Shown here: positions 34,501-45,412 of the stretch, piece by piece
Numbering within the stretch: position 1 is the first letter of the stretch
Layout: each line of letters begins with the position of its first letter
From: Plasmodiophora brassicae
Taxonomy: Eukaryota
Length of the DNA: 64,000 nucleotides
Direction of reading: 5' to 3'
Assembly (NCBI GenBank): GCA_036867785.1
Contig: CP145418.1
Coordinates: forward strand, 496,001 to 560,000
Made by a program: the position numbers and the translations under genes
The notes under the pieces: generated by a model
Seen by the model: the letters and a program-made list of their open reading frames with translations, nothing else
Told to the model about the DNA's origin: nothing
The model's database searches: none

Positions 34501-34865
34501 GGCACTTCGCCTCGAATGATCCGATGCGCCTGCCCGATGCTGCGCTGCGAGGCGCGCATGCGCGACTGATCGACACGGCTACTGATGGAGGATACCTCCC
34601 CGATCTGTCTTCCTCCCCGCCGGACGACGATAACGCCCGGCAGTCGGTCCATGGTCATTGCACGAAGGTTGCAGTCGCGTATGCGCTTATGAAGGTGCCG
34701 CCTGGCGAGCCGCTACGGCTGTCCACGACCCGACGCATCTGCCCTGACTGCCACGACTTCCTCCAGCGGATCTCTGCCGTCATGCAGTGCCACGTTTCAG
34801 TTCGCGATCCCGCCCGCCATCATCACTTCCAGGAAGGGCCATGCTCATGCTGCGGCTACTGGTAA
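31557..34865 (+). CDS. Pentatricopeptide repeat protein with E- and DYW-like domain (organelle-targeted)
   Basis: 1102-codon intronless ORF with many PPR-like repeats (e.g. VVTFSSMIAAY, TVINSMIAAYAQHG), SWAALLNACRRHG, PG box APGRAT, HCTKVA..RICPDCH and terminal HHFQEGPCSCCGYW. Confidence 0.93.
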   Translation: MVAGMRRMMCVSSGGHASCQAVRGCCHYPSGLRYNVRPLSSADVQPVHCIARRISRPSDEFIAFMGRPSIPFGIRALRQETDPSRAWSIFDRVLSLSIWADTPFYTSMMSFCKRHLPSKAPEVLSAAVSRGVRITESLFCTFLGACQNATPAMVSEALEWYSKPSTPRSHNVIFGVANLCRVSKHPGLALFLVKDIVDHNVPFTDQLVSILAACCSESKGPIAACTAQQLLDRMQSGQISRHSLMPTYANLLTTLLAEDLLKSALAVFPLMKLNGVLPSESMCANTIIALLKKGRTHDALNVFQTMVDQSLRVNARVFVTLVAACGRSGKDSAVQTLYTYATSKNLIADDFVASAFISAYDHCGKLDLAEEVFRSRGVPDLITSSAMIAAYYHHVRLPNAIGVFERVKANGLQISLEVYTNALSVFIKADRVADAMNLFNEMTSKNVRVGIPALASLIAACGRSSNLDSVQSLYRHAENRALVLDDVIASAFIFAFDHCSDVACAERVFQVRQQVSTPHVVTFSSMIAAYNHHNMHAKALETFDNLEVAGLSTSVPVFCSIAAVFVKVGRVLDALRLYERVQGDMSRSRAVMFASLVGACGRYADLPAVQTVHQFAEQDSGLLLKDDAVVGAFVLAYGSWGDLDTAMRLFNGLDVGQYPLTKNAMVTSYARHGMLPNAIAVFEGMLSSSVPISGGTYGTMLSVYGRSDRVLEALGLFRAVVSRSLVVDAGDIASLIASCGRAFDVQAMVQLHGFARERNMLQDRRVISSLVTAYSDCGCLPSAEDVFRTTEAPSTTVINSMIAAYAQHGMLQQATAAFDTMRAIKRRPNDETLLALLTACAHVGDLPAANAFVAEFTLRWRVAMTSLHANCFIDLYGRLGDLDAAERLASSLLIPSAASWAALLNACRRHGDLERAERVVARIQAFPDAGSHLVSAYTLMADLYMSVGRVDDHRRMREEMGTQALTQAPGRATLALPDRPVRHFASNDPMRLPDAALRGAHARLIDTATDGGYLPDLSSSPPDDDNARQSVHGHCTKVAVAYALMKVPPGEPLRLSTTRRICPDCHDFLQRISAVMQCHVSVRDPARHHHFQEGPCSCCGYW

Positions 34866-35016
34866 CCGCGACCGCGGACGTGTTCGTCGCGAGGCACGCA
34901 CTGCTGCGACCATTATGGGTGAATCACGTCTGCCGGTGACGTTACCGTCGGTGTGAACAGAGCGGGTTGCTCCTCTCCCTGACTGTTGCTGGGTCAGACT
35001 CCCGCGTAGCGAGTGT

Positions 35017-36820
35017 CATGGGCGTAGATGCGGCATACGATGGCACCGGCAAGGCGGCGAGCAGGCCACTCGGGTCCATGGCCATCGGCCTGGCCGTCGC
35101 TGCCTCGATCGGCCTGTTCGGGATGGCGGCCACGATACGCGCCCGGCTGTCGATTGCCGACCTCGTGCCGGTGTGGACGCTACAGGCCACCGCACCTTGG
35201 GTGCTCGCGTTCGTGATCGCCAGCGTGCTGCTGGCTGTCACCTTCCAGCAACGACGCTTCCGGCTGCCCAAGGTATTCGGCGGGGGCGGCGACGACGACG
35301 ACGGCCCACAGCGGTGGCTGACGCGGACGCTGTTTCGAGTGGATGGCAGCGCGCCGGAACACACCCTATCGGCAACGGCTCGCGAGCTGGTATCGGTGGT
35401 GGCTCCTGTCGGGACCCGCTGGGTGTTCGGCAAGGCGTGCCGATCCGGGGCCACTGGGTGGATCCCTCAGTCGGCGCTGGAAAGCGTCGACAACGACAAG
35501 GCGCCTGACATCGAACGCGAACGCCTGCGTGTGCAATTTCGGGACGATCATTTCCCCGATTCGTCCACGCCGGCGCCGTTGCCGCTGGCAACCGGCATCA
35601 TCTGGTGCGTCATCGTCATCAACCCCGACCGGCGGATCGCGTCGGGCGTGTCGTTGGGCGCGTCCAGCGGCCACGTGGCCATCGTGGAGATGAGCCCCGG
35701 GCGGCGATCCGTTCGTGTCGGCGGCCCCGCCCCGGTCGACATTGATGAGCCCAGCAGCGGCACCGTCGACGGCGACACGATTGCGAACCTGTTCGCGTGG
35801 GTGCACACCCGCCTGGAACCGCTGCGCTCCGTCGTGATCATCGAAGGGACTCCCAGCCCCTGCCCCGCCATTTCAGGTACCGTTTATGCGAATCGACAGA
35901 CAGGCAACGGAACCGGTGGCTCACAGCGACAGGTAGGCGAGTGGAACGGCGAGGCGTCGCCGGCGTGGGTGTCGCTGGATATCCTATCGGCGCACCTGCA
36001 GCGCGTTCATCTGCGTTGCGAGATTGCGCTGCTGGTCGTGCATCAGACCACACGTGCAACGCTGCAGACGCTGCACGCGTTGTACAACTGTTGCAGGGTG
36101 CTGGTGGCGCCACAGACCTGCCAGGCTGCATTATCGTCGCCGTCGACGCCACTCGATCTGATTCACACGTTGAGCACGCGACCAGAGGCGGATGCGGAAG
36201 ACTTGGCGGCGACGGTCAGTCGAGGGTCGTCTATGACTGAAATGTACACGCGAGCGTATCCCGAGGTGGCCGTTGCTCTGAAGACGTTCCTGACCGTGAC
36301 GTCATCGGTGCTCAGCCTGGCCGATGACGGCGAGAGGACGGCGCTTCGGGAACACGTGTCACCATGGATCCACGATTCGGATGCCAGCGGCGCGATGATC
36401 GATCGATATGTCGATGTCGTCGGGTTCTGCAGCGCGGTCGTGCGGGTGTTTCCCGAGGTGTCAGAGCTGGGCAGGTTGTTGGACGACCTTGTGACGGCGA
36501 TGGCTGACATGGTGGTCCTCCGGGACCGTACGCAGACGTTCTGCGGCCTGTCGATGTTTATGCCGGTCTGGGCGTCGCCCGTCGATCACGCCCGAATGAG
36601 GATCATGTCCCAGTGGAACACGTACGTCGACGAGATGAAACTGTTCTACGCGTTCTACGACGTTACGCCAAGGCTGCACGCGCGTCTCGACACACCTGGA
36701 AAGAGCATCCAGGGATCAGATGGCAAGCAGCACCGCGCTCGCGATTCGAAAACGGAAGTCGATCCCGCTGAGAAACGATTCCTGCGGCGGAAGAACGGCA
36801 ATCGTGGCATGACTCGATGA
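35017..36820 (+). CDS. Two-TM + SH3 + degenerate clostripain (peptidase C11)-like protein
   Basis: Two hydrophobic helices, SH3-like LSATARELVSV..WVFGK..GWIPQSAL, and a C-terminal region following the clostripain motif order without the catalytic His/Cys. Confidence 0.6.
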
Positions 36821-36858
36821 AACTCTGGTCGTCCGTACAAATGCATAGCGATAAGTAT

Positions 36859-38500
36859 CTATTGTTTCAGAAGAAAATGGAAAACAACGGCTAGGTCGAG
36901 ACACTTTGCCAGTAAGGCCTCGATCACAGATGAAGGCGCGCCGACGTCTGGGGACATCGACAACGATATCGACCCACCCAGGCCGACTGAAACGCTCAGT
37001 GTCGGGTTCTGAGACGACTTGTTTGATGTCGCGCGGGCCTTGACGAAGAAGGATTCCGCGGAGCACTCGAGGACTTCCAGACACACCGATGGCGCACGAT
37101 GACGAGAGCCGCCCGATCGGCAGCACGAACGGAAGAGCGAATTGAAAACCACCTGGCGCTGAAGAGCCGGTACGACAAGTGCGTCAAGGGAGCCCAGATC
37201 AGTTAGCGTTAGCCGTGTCGCGATGATGCCGCGATCAAGAAGGGCGTTGCCATCGATGGCCGAGCTGACACTCACGCCATCCATCACAGCGAACGCATAC
37301 GTTAGCGCATCTCCAGCAAGCAGGAACTTCAATGAACACCTGTCGACGTCGGCACTGTCAACGTGACGATGACCAGCGATAAGCGATGCTGTAGCCCATG
37401 ACATTGGAACTGGAGGCCTCAACTCGAAATGGAAAGAGAGGGCGCTTGGGTCCCGTTCATCGACGATCTCCGACGCAGAGACAAAGGTTAAGGAATGAGG
37501 TGCGGGTGCCCGGTCAGGAGCATGCGAGCACAAGTCAACCGGCAACTCAGCGTACTGGCAAGAAGGGCCCTCCAGAACTTCGTGCGTCGTGGACGAAGGT
37601 ACGCGCTGGAATTTCTCGCGAATCTGCTCGCGAACTGTATGCGGGTTTGCGGCAGGATTCTTGGCCGACAGCGCTTCCATCTGGATAACGTTTTTCAACT
37701 TGTGACAAAAGTCGTCGACCGACCCATTCTCAAGGCAGTCGGATACGTCACGATCGACCTCATCGTTACTCCATTCGATATCGCCGAACTGGAACGTAAC
37801 AGAGACGGAATCGATCGTGACGTTCGACGCATACGGCACCATGGACGCGTTAACCTCTGCCACCAAACGACGTCAGATATGCGATACCACATGTGTACAC
37901 AGGCTTACCGATGGCGAAACAGGCAAGCTCCCCCTCGGACCCGATGATAATCGTGAGCGATCGCGTCTGATCCCCCGAACCAGTGGGAGTAGAAGCTGGA
38001 AAGCTGGGCTTCTTGACAGGTGGCGCCATCTCAATATCGCAGGACAATCCGCCGCATCGCCCGCATGCCGCCTCCGCCTTTCGTGCAAGCTCGGCAAGCG
38101 GCTCGCACCCTTCTCGACGAGCCTGATCCCGGTCCCGACGCTCACTGATCGACGCCAGGGAGCCATCAATTTCGGAAGTCAGGATATGCAGCTGTCTCCT
38201 CAGCTTGAGAAACCATCGCCAGTCAGCACCCCACACATCAGCTCATTGCCAGCGCCATACCCTGGCGCGCTCCGTCTGCAGACGGCCAGCTCGATCGGCA
38301 GCCGTCCCACGTGGCCCCGTCAAGCACGCTTTCAGCGCGTCCAGCTCGGCGCGCGCCGCCCGCCACGTCTCGTGCAGGCGCGACCCGGGCAGCGTCATCG
38401 GATGGAACGCCGCCGCGCCATCGTCGTCGACGCCTGCGAACGCGTCGCCGACCAGCGCCCGCAACCGGCCCACGCAGTCGCCCGCCGTCCTCGACGCCAT
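36859..38500 (-). CDS. MED1: Mediator subunit 1-like protein, multi-exon
   Basis: DVSDCLENGSVDDFCHKLKNVIQMEALS and LQRQVVFNSLFRSC resemble Med1 domain blocks. Recognised by eye only. Confidence 0.55.
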
Positions 38501-38691
38501 CCCCAGTGCAGTCCTCCCACTCGAGCCTCGGCATTTTGACCCGTGCGACACGCCGACCGCTAAAATGTGTGCGACTCGCGACTGAGAGAACTGCATTCCG
38601 TTCCACGGCGGGGCCTGGGTGGCACCAGGTGGAGCTGCCGCTGGGGCCGCCGCCCCGCCACAATTTTTCGTCGAAGGGTCCGCCCTCGGAG

Positions 38692-39751
38692 ATGGCCGAC
38701 GCAGGCAGTCGCCGATTGGCCATGAGGCGGCGCGTGCAGGCGGCCCTGCTAACGGCGTCGTCGTCTGTCGTGGTGGGTGATCCGACGACCATCCTGCCGC
38801 CCTGGCTGTATCTGGGAGGTGCCCGCCAAGCGCTCGACCTAGAACGCCTGCGGAAGCTCGGGATCACTCATGTGCTGAACGTCGCCGGGGAAGTCGCGTG
38901 CTTTCATGCAGATGCCGGCATTGTGTATGAGGATCTGGGCAAGGCCGTCCGTGATGTGCCGACGTATCCTATATGCCAGCACTTTGGCAAAGCCATCGCA
39001 TTCATCGAGGACGCGAGGTCCTGTGGTGGGCGAGTTCTTGTGCACTGTGCCGCAGGTCCGTTGCAAGCTGGATTTGAACCACCATGGCTGAACCGGTGTC
39101 TATACAGGAGTCAGCCGATCGCCCACGATGGTCATTGCATACCTGATAGAGACATTAGGGTGGTCGTTGTCGTCGTCGTACATCCATTGCAAATCGTTGC
39201 GTCGTGCGGTCGCACCTAATCTTGGGTTCATCCAACAGTTAGTGCGATTTTCGCAAAGCCGTTCTGTACCGAGGCCATGTTGTGCTTCTGCACGGGTTGA
39301 CCTGGGCTCACTACTTGCACTCGTTGAATTTGTTATGCGCGAGAACCGTGTGTCACTGGATTCCATACTCGATCTGAGAGAAGCGTTTCTGAATATTCCT
39401 TCTGAACGTCGTGGGCGATCGCAGCTAACTGATGTTGTCCTGCGCGCCGCCTCTGAGAGGAACATTCAGTTCCGTATCGCGCTTGGTGAGGTTCTACTGG
39501 ACCTGAACCTTCAATCCGTTCTCGAGGACGATGACGTCCTTGAAGTATTTATCAGCGCTTTGAAAGCCATCGAACTAGTACCAGAATCGAAACGTACCAA
39601 CATGTACGACATTTGCAATGTCATCGCTGGTGTCGACCGGGTTGTTCCCCATAGGCGAGGAAGACCGTCTGCCTTCCTTCTTGAGAGCTTGCAAAGAGAA
39701 CTTCAGTGTACATTTTATACCTCATCCAGTCCAACTGATGGGTCAGTTTGA
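38692..39751 (+). CDS. Dual-specificity protein phosphatase
   Basis: ILPPWLYLGG, LGITHVLNVA, VLVHCAAG|VSRSPTMVIAYL (intron about 39056-39107) and APNLGFIQQL. Confidence 0.92.
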
Positions 39752-39915
39752 GAACCACAAGGCTGTGAAGGGTGATTTGAGGAATGTAAAGAGATAGCTA
39801 TCATCGCCAGTGTCCTAATAGAGTCCCAGTGTTTGAACGATCTTCTCTAGGCTGTATTAAATGGGAAGCCTAAACACTTCGGGTCTGGGGGCACTGTAAT
39901 TGGCGCATTGCCCCG

Positions 39916-40300
39916 ATGGTAACGGGAAAGAAGATCCTGGCCAATGAGCAGCGCCTTGGCGTACTGCAGAGGCCGCTGGAGCGCTCAGTTCGGAAGGAAC
40001 TTCCGAAGGTCTGCCTCAGCGACGTCGCGCAGGAGTCCCGCGTCAGCCCAGTAACCGTTGCATGTATCTGGAAGCGTGCGAAGCTGTGCTGGGATCAAGG
40101 TCGCGTTGCCGCGGATGTGCCACTCAGGCAGGGAGAAAGGCGTGATCGAGAAAACGCTGTGTGCAAAGGCCATGGACGTCCCTCTGCAGCATCGAGCGAG
40201 CCTGAAATCGTTGCCAGTCGCTACCGAGATCCCGGCGACCACTCTGCACACACAACGGGAAACACACGCGCCGGCAAGCGGCAGGGCGTCTTCCGCAGTG
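39916..40300 (+). mobile_element. Mariner-type (plant/oomycete DD39D-like) transposase N-terminal remnant
   Basis: KILANEQRLGVLQRPLERS..DVAQESRVSPVTVACIWKRAK..G..ADV, then a frameshifted VPLQHRASLKSLPVATEIPATTLH (double HTH). No catalytic domain follows. Confidence 0.7.
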
Positions 40301-41017
40301 GGTCACGCGGAGACCAACCCATAAGCCGGACGAGGGCTTACCTTGCTGCTTGTGATCATTGTGCCACGTAAGGGGTGTTGCCAGACGAATGATGTATTCC
40401 CAGACAACTTTATGCATTCCTTTAGCAGACTCTCATGATAAAGCCAGCAATATCCTTGCGTTTCTCAAACTGAACCATCGTTTTGGATTGGAGGAAGTAC
40501 CAGACACCCCTGATCTTTGCACGCCCTTTGCATTCGCTGTTCACAGTTGTGACTTACAGCTCTGGCACGTGCTGGAGAACCGACTGAACGGGTCCGGTAA
40601 CATTCTTAACGTAAACAGTGTGTGTAATGAAACGGGCCCGTCCCACTTGTCGGTTATTCGTTACGGCGATACAGGGCAGCGGCGAACTTCCCGGACGCAG
40701 ACCAGTTGTCGGAATGCATCCTTGGGGCGTACGCGCGCACGGAGGAGTCTTCAATACCGCTGGCCTCCCACATCGTGATCGAAAAGAGCGCGGCGGCGGG
40801 CGGGACGGATGACGATGACGAGTCGCGGCCTCCGCCCCCGCCAGATAGTGTATTTTAAGAACATTTGTTGCGACTTGTCTTATGTAACAGGCCTGACGGT
40901 GGAGGGCCGGTCGAAAGATATGTGACGGCGGGACGTCAGAGCGAATTCGATACGCGTGTTGTATCGTCATTCGTCGGGCGGGTCGGTGCGCGGCGCAGGG
41001 CCTGCACAGCCGGGCAC

Positions 41018-41929
41018 ATGGAGGAGCAGTTCTCTGCGATGCTGGGCGCCTACGACGAGAGCAGATGCATGGGCCCGGTCCCGGCGTCGATCACCGGGTG
41101 CCGCCCGACCCTCCACGAGATCGACATGCCCGACTTCCACGGTATCGAAGCTGGAGTTATCGTTACCGATCGCAAGGTCACCAGAAAGGACACGATGAAG
41201 GTGTACATGCGAGAATATCGGCGCCGTCAAAAATCCGTCCTCGACAATCTTCCCGACAGCCAGAAAGAGATCCTTCTCGAGCAGCAACGGACCCGAGTTC
41301 GCGAACGCGTTCGTCGTCATCGCCAACGCAAGAAGCTCCGTGCGGAAGGCCTGTCTGAAGATGAAGTGGATCGACGTCTGCGTGAAACCGTTCCGACTGT
41401 GCAACAACGCCGAATCAAGCAACCTTCGCTATCGAACTGCCACTCCAATATCCCTTCTCTACAGCAGCACATGGGCAGCATGGATGGGCTTATCGGTGTT
41501 TCCAACTTCAACATTGCTCCCGGACAAGACCCGATGTCGTTCCTGCAGTTGCAACAGAACCTACCTGTGAACAACATCGATTTCGCCATGGGCATGGGCA
41601 TGGCGCCACTATCGCAGCAGGAGACTGACCCCCAAGAGACAGTCGCGCAGCAGCTCAAGAAATCGCATCCTGCGCCAGAATCGCAATACCTTCAGCGGCC
41701 ACCGGGCTCCAATGTCGAAGGCGTCGCGCCACAGTTCTGGAACGCTGCCCAGGTGTCTGTCTTCTTAGAGAATCTCAACGTGGAGAACATCTTTAAGAAC
41801 AACATCGATGGGAGGACATTGCTCGGTCTAACGGCTGAATCGCTGAAGGGTGTTCCTGATCACATCCAGGTCCCCCTCCTCTCCGCTATCGATCAGCTGA
41901 AGAAGTACACGGTCGGCTGGAGCGAATAG
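41018..41929 (+). CDS. Basic-region (bZIP-like) + C-terminal SAM domain protein, copy A
   Basis: MKVYMREYRRRQK and RTRVRERVRRHRQRKKLRAEGLSEDEV; SAM-like WNAAQVSVFLENL..NIDGRTLLGLTAESLK..LLSAIDQLK. Confidence 0.75.
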   Translation: MEEQFSAMLGAYDESRCMGPVPASITGCRPTLHEIDMPDFHGIEAGVIVTDRKVTRKDTMKVYMREYRRRQKSVLDNLPDSQKEILLEQQRTRVRERVRRHRQRKKLRAEGLSEDEVDRRLRETVPTVQQRRIKQPSLSNCHSNIPSLQQHMGSMDGLIGVSNFNIAPGQDPMSFLQLQQNLPVNNIDFAMGMGMAPLSQQETDPQETVAQQLKKSHPAPESQYLQRPPGSNVEGVAPQFWNAAQVSVFLENLNVENIFKNNIDGRTLLGLTAESLKGVPDHIQVPLLSAIDQLKKYTVGWSE

Positions 41930-42101
41930 CGGCATACATTCTTGGCCTGTCGGGTTCATTGTACCATATACCTGAGATCCTAGACCATTGTTGCTACTCA
42001 TATCTAACTATTGAATAAACATGCGTCTTGTTGATCGTTTACCGGCCGGGTTTGATGGTCTGGACTGACGAGCGGACAGGAAGGGAGATTGTGCGCCCGC
42101 A

Positions 42102-42777
42102 ATGGAGACGGCGAGTGGTGCCGTGTCGCACCCGAGACCTGCTCTGGCTATCGAGCCTGTGCCTACGGCAAAGGGCGAAGTTGCAGGATTCGTTCTCTGG
42201 ATTGCATCGTACGTTTCATTCGGTATGGTACCATCGCTGGGCGTCGGCGGCGGGCACTGACGTGCCACATCAGTGCTGTTCTTGCTATGGGCATTCATTC
42301 CTGAGAGAATCCTGCATCGAGCAGGAGTGTACTACTATCCATCGAAGTATGCAGAAAGCATCTACTGCCGCGACGACTTTGTGACTCACCTCTGCTCGCA
42401 GATACTGGGCGTTATCAGTGCCTGCATACCTTTGCTCGACATTCGTTTTCATTATTCTATTCTATATAGCCGTGAACTTCTGCATGACAAATCCGCTTCA
42501 GTCCCGGTTTACATACACTGGTGTGGTATCTTCTTTGATGGGCTGTCTCTACGTATTTAATTTGACTGTGAACTGGTGTAGATAAGTTCTCCGTTTTGAT
42601 GACCAAGAAGCCGCGCTGCAGCAACATGGTAGATTTCGAAGAAATTCGGGTAATAATACCTATAGCAATATGTGATCTTCTCATGTTGATATGAGCAACC
42701 AGGACATTCCGCTTCCCGTCATTAACAAGATTCTGTATCAAACCAAAAGTGGCACAGCAAGTCCAAAGAAGAATTGA
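42102..42777 (+). CDS. PIGP: GPI-GlcNAc transferase subunit PIG-P, multi-exon
   Basis: EVAGFVLWIAS, FLLWAFIPERILHRAGVYYYPSK|YWALSVPAY and DIPLPVINKILY. Confidence 0.9.
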
Positions 42778-43138
42778 ATCCCCCGACGAGTCCCGATAAA
42801 CTTGGATTTTTATCCACGACGACCTTGCCACGGTTTCATGGGGTGTAGAAAGCCGCTGCCAAAGTTGGTGTAGGAACAACATGCGGTACCTACCATTGGC
42901 CGGTCTTGGGAGTGCGTTTTATCCCTTTTGCCGCGTTGCGGGCGTGCGACCTGATGATGGCTGCGCGCGTCTGTTGGCATTGCGCAGAAATTGTCGTTTC
43001 TCCGGCACGGTAGGGGCGATCATCCGGATCAGGCGGAGCGAGCGACTTAAGATTTTGTTCACTTTGCATCCCCTGTCGCGAGTCGTCGTGTCGCCCGGCG
43101 GGGACGTGGAAGCACGTGGCGTACTGGATTGTTCTGCG

Positions 43139-43738
43139 ATGTCGCTGGACGCGACCGTGCTGGAAGAGAGGCGCCGCCGGGTCCGGGATCGAGTTCGTCG
43201 GCACCGGCAGCGGAAGAAGCTTCGCGAGGAGGGCCTCCCAGAGGACGAGATCGCAAGACAGCTGACTGCGATGGAATCGTTCAGACCACCTACGAACACC
43301 GTGCGGCGAAGAAGGCAGCCACGACCTGCAACTGATCACACGTTGGTTGCGGACGGCGACCTGGGCATGTCGCAGTACCTGGTTCCAGCGTTCCTGAGTC
43401 CTGCACAGAACATGCCGATTCCCGGGTGCGAATCCATGGGCTACGAGATGGCGTTCAACACGTTCGCGAACGAGATGGCAGCCGATGGTCTGATTGCAGG
43501 CGGATGCGTTGACTTCGAGTACATCGATTCGCTGGCATGGGACCCCTCCCAGTTCGGTGCAATCCTGCGTAACCTGAGACTAGGCGACATATCGGGCAAC
43601 TTTAGGAAACACAGTGCTGATGGGCAACAACTGATGGCGCTGCCGTCTGACATCATGGGCGAGATTGTTCCTGACGCTGGCCGCCAGACATTTCTCTCCG
43701 CGGTCGACTCACTCAAGTGCATCTCTGAAGGTCGCTGA
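43139..43738 (+). CDS. Basic-region + degenerate SAM protein, copy B
   Basis: RRRVRDRVRRHRQRKKLREEGLPEDEI and WDPSQFGAILRNLRL..ADGQQLMALP..FLSAVDSLK. Paralog of 41018-41929. Confidence 0.75.
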   Translation: MSLDATVLEERRRRVRDRVRRHRQRKKLREEGLPEDEIARQLTAMESFRPPTNTVRRRRQPRPATDHTLVADGDLGMSQYLVPAFLSPAQNMPIPGCESMGYEMAFNTFANEMAADGLIAGGCVDFEYIDSLAWDPSQFGAILRNLRLGDISGNFRKHSADGQQLMALPSDIMGEIVPDAGRQTFLSAVDSLKCISEGR

Positions 43739-43938
43739 GCAGGCTGATGGTCGAGTCCGCTCATAGTGTACTGTACATAATCATTGTCCAAGCGTTCTGC
43801 GAAGGTTTGGACGTCATCCTAGCAAGTCCAACTTCGTACAATTAAACGCCACACGATTCATTGTATATGCCTCGGATCATGTCTATACGCAGCCTGAAAT
43901 ATTCTTAAGGCCTGATCGTATTATCAGGTTGACGTGTA

Positions 43939-45225
43939 CTAGTATTTGAACTCTGCCAGCTGACCGTACTTTCGGAAGTACTGACCAGGGATGTCAATAT
44001 GCCGGTCGGCACAGACGGAAACGAAACTTTCGGATACGGGAGCATGAATCGCGAAGTGGCCCAGCTTCGGATCAGGGTGCTTGAACGTCATGGAGAACGA
44101 ATGCAGCATCAGCCTTGCACAGCTTGCCCCGTCGTACTTGTTGTCGCCCACAATGGGGGATCCGATGTCAAAGGCGCACATAGAACGAAGCTGATGCTTA
44201 CGTCCCGTACGAGGGAACAGCTCCAGCAAGAAACTGGTGCCCTCCCGCGACACGTAACGCCAGCGAGTCTCGCACATGCGAGGGGATTCACCGTCAAGAG
44301 CAACGTGCTTTGTGCTGTAAACAGAACGGTCAGATGGTTTTCATCACAAATATATGGGGCATCGTACCCTTCAAGACGGGAAACCGGAACCATACGTTCG
44401 AAGCCTTCCCGCGACTTCGCCTTTACGACTGTGGACACCGTAGAAATCCATGTCTTGGAAGCATGACGATGAGGTTGGCCTTCAACGACGGCCAGATATG
44501 ACTTCTTGACTTCTCGATTCTTAAATTGAGCTGACAGGTGCGATGCAGCATCGAGCGTCTTGGCAAGGACAATTAATCCGCTGCAATCCTGATCAAGCCG
44601 ATGCACTAATCGAGGAGTTTCAACGCAATCCAGTTGCCGAACAAGTTTGTCTATGCTTATGTCGATGCCGTCTCCTCCTATGCACGGTCAGATATAGTTT
44701 CGTTGATTCAGACATAAAGATAACCTTGGACAGCGATATCGGGTGGTTTGTTGAACGCCATAATGTGATCGTCATCATAGAGCATCCAGCTCGAAATGAC
44801 GTTCTCAGATTTCGGGCTATATAGCATATACATTAGTAGAGAGCAGACGTTAGCATTCCCTCAATGTACCCTTGTGGCCTGGGCGGGCGCACATAGACAG
44901 CTGTCGCCCGCGGGATTGTAATCTCATAGTCCTGGTGTGTCAACCGATAATTCGGCTGCATTATCCCTACTCCATCTACTTTAATCCGCCGTTCCCGAAG
45001 CCACTTGAAGATGAGGTTTCTCGACAGATTCACGAAGTGATCCTGCAGGAACCTACATGCCGACTGAGACGCAGTGGATGCCCACCCCATTGGGCAACGT
45101 ACTTGTCCAGTCGTCTGCCAACACCCGACGACGGTACCGATATTCTTCGCCAGTTGGCGCCAATCGTAGGCGTCGACGCCATGCTTGGCTTGCAATGTCG
45201 CAGGGAACTCCGTCGCAGCTCGCAT
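43939..45225 (-). CDS. RluA/RluC-family RNA pseudouridine synthase with S4-like domain, multi-exon
   Basis: LSRNLIFKWLRERRIKVDG, FNKPP, VHRLDQDCSGL, TGRKHQLR, IVGDNKY and LMLHS. Start uncertain. Confidence 0.9.
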
Positions 45226-45240
45226 CGGGGGCCACTGCCA

Positions 45241-45296
<56 letters not shown>
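45241..45296 (+). repeat. Poly-G homopolymer (56 nt)
   Basis: Uninterrupted G run between the divergent pseudouridine synthase and MSH5 genes. Confidence 0.95.
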
Positions 45297-45297
<1 letters not shown>

Positions 45298-45412
45298 AGC
45301 TGCAGTGCGTTGCGAGTTGCGACGTCGTTGCCAGTGGGGCTGATTTGCAGTAAAATATCGTCAATGTTTTCATGACCTGGACGGCATATTCGATTAGCTG
45401 CACATTGTGGCG

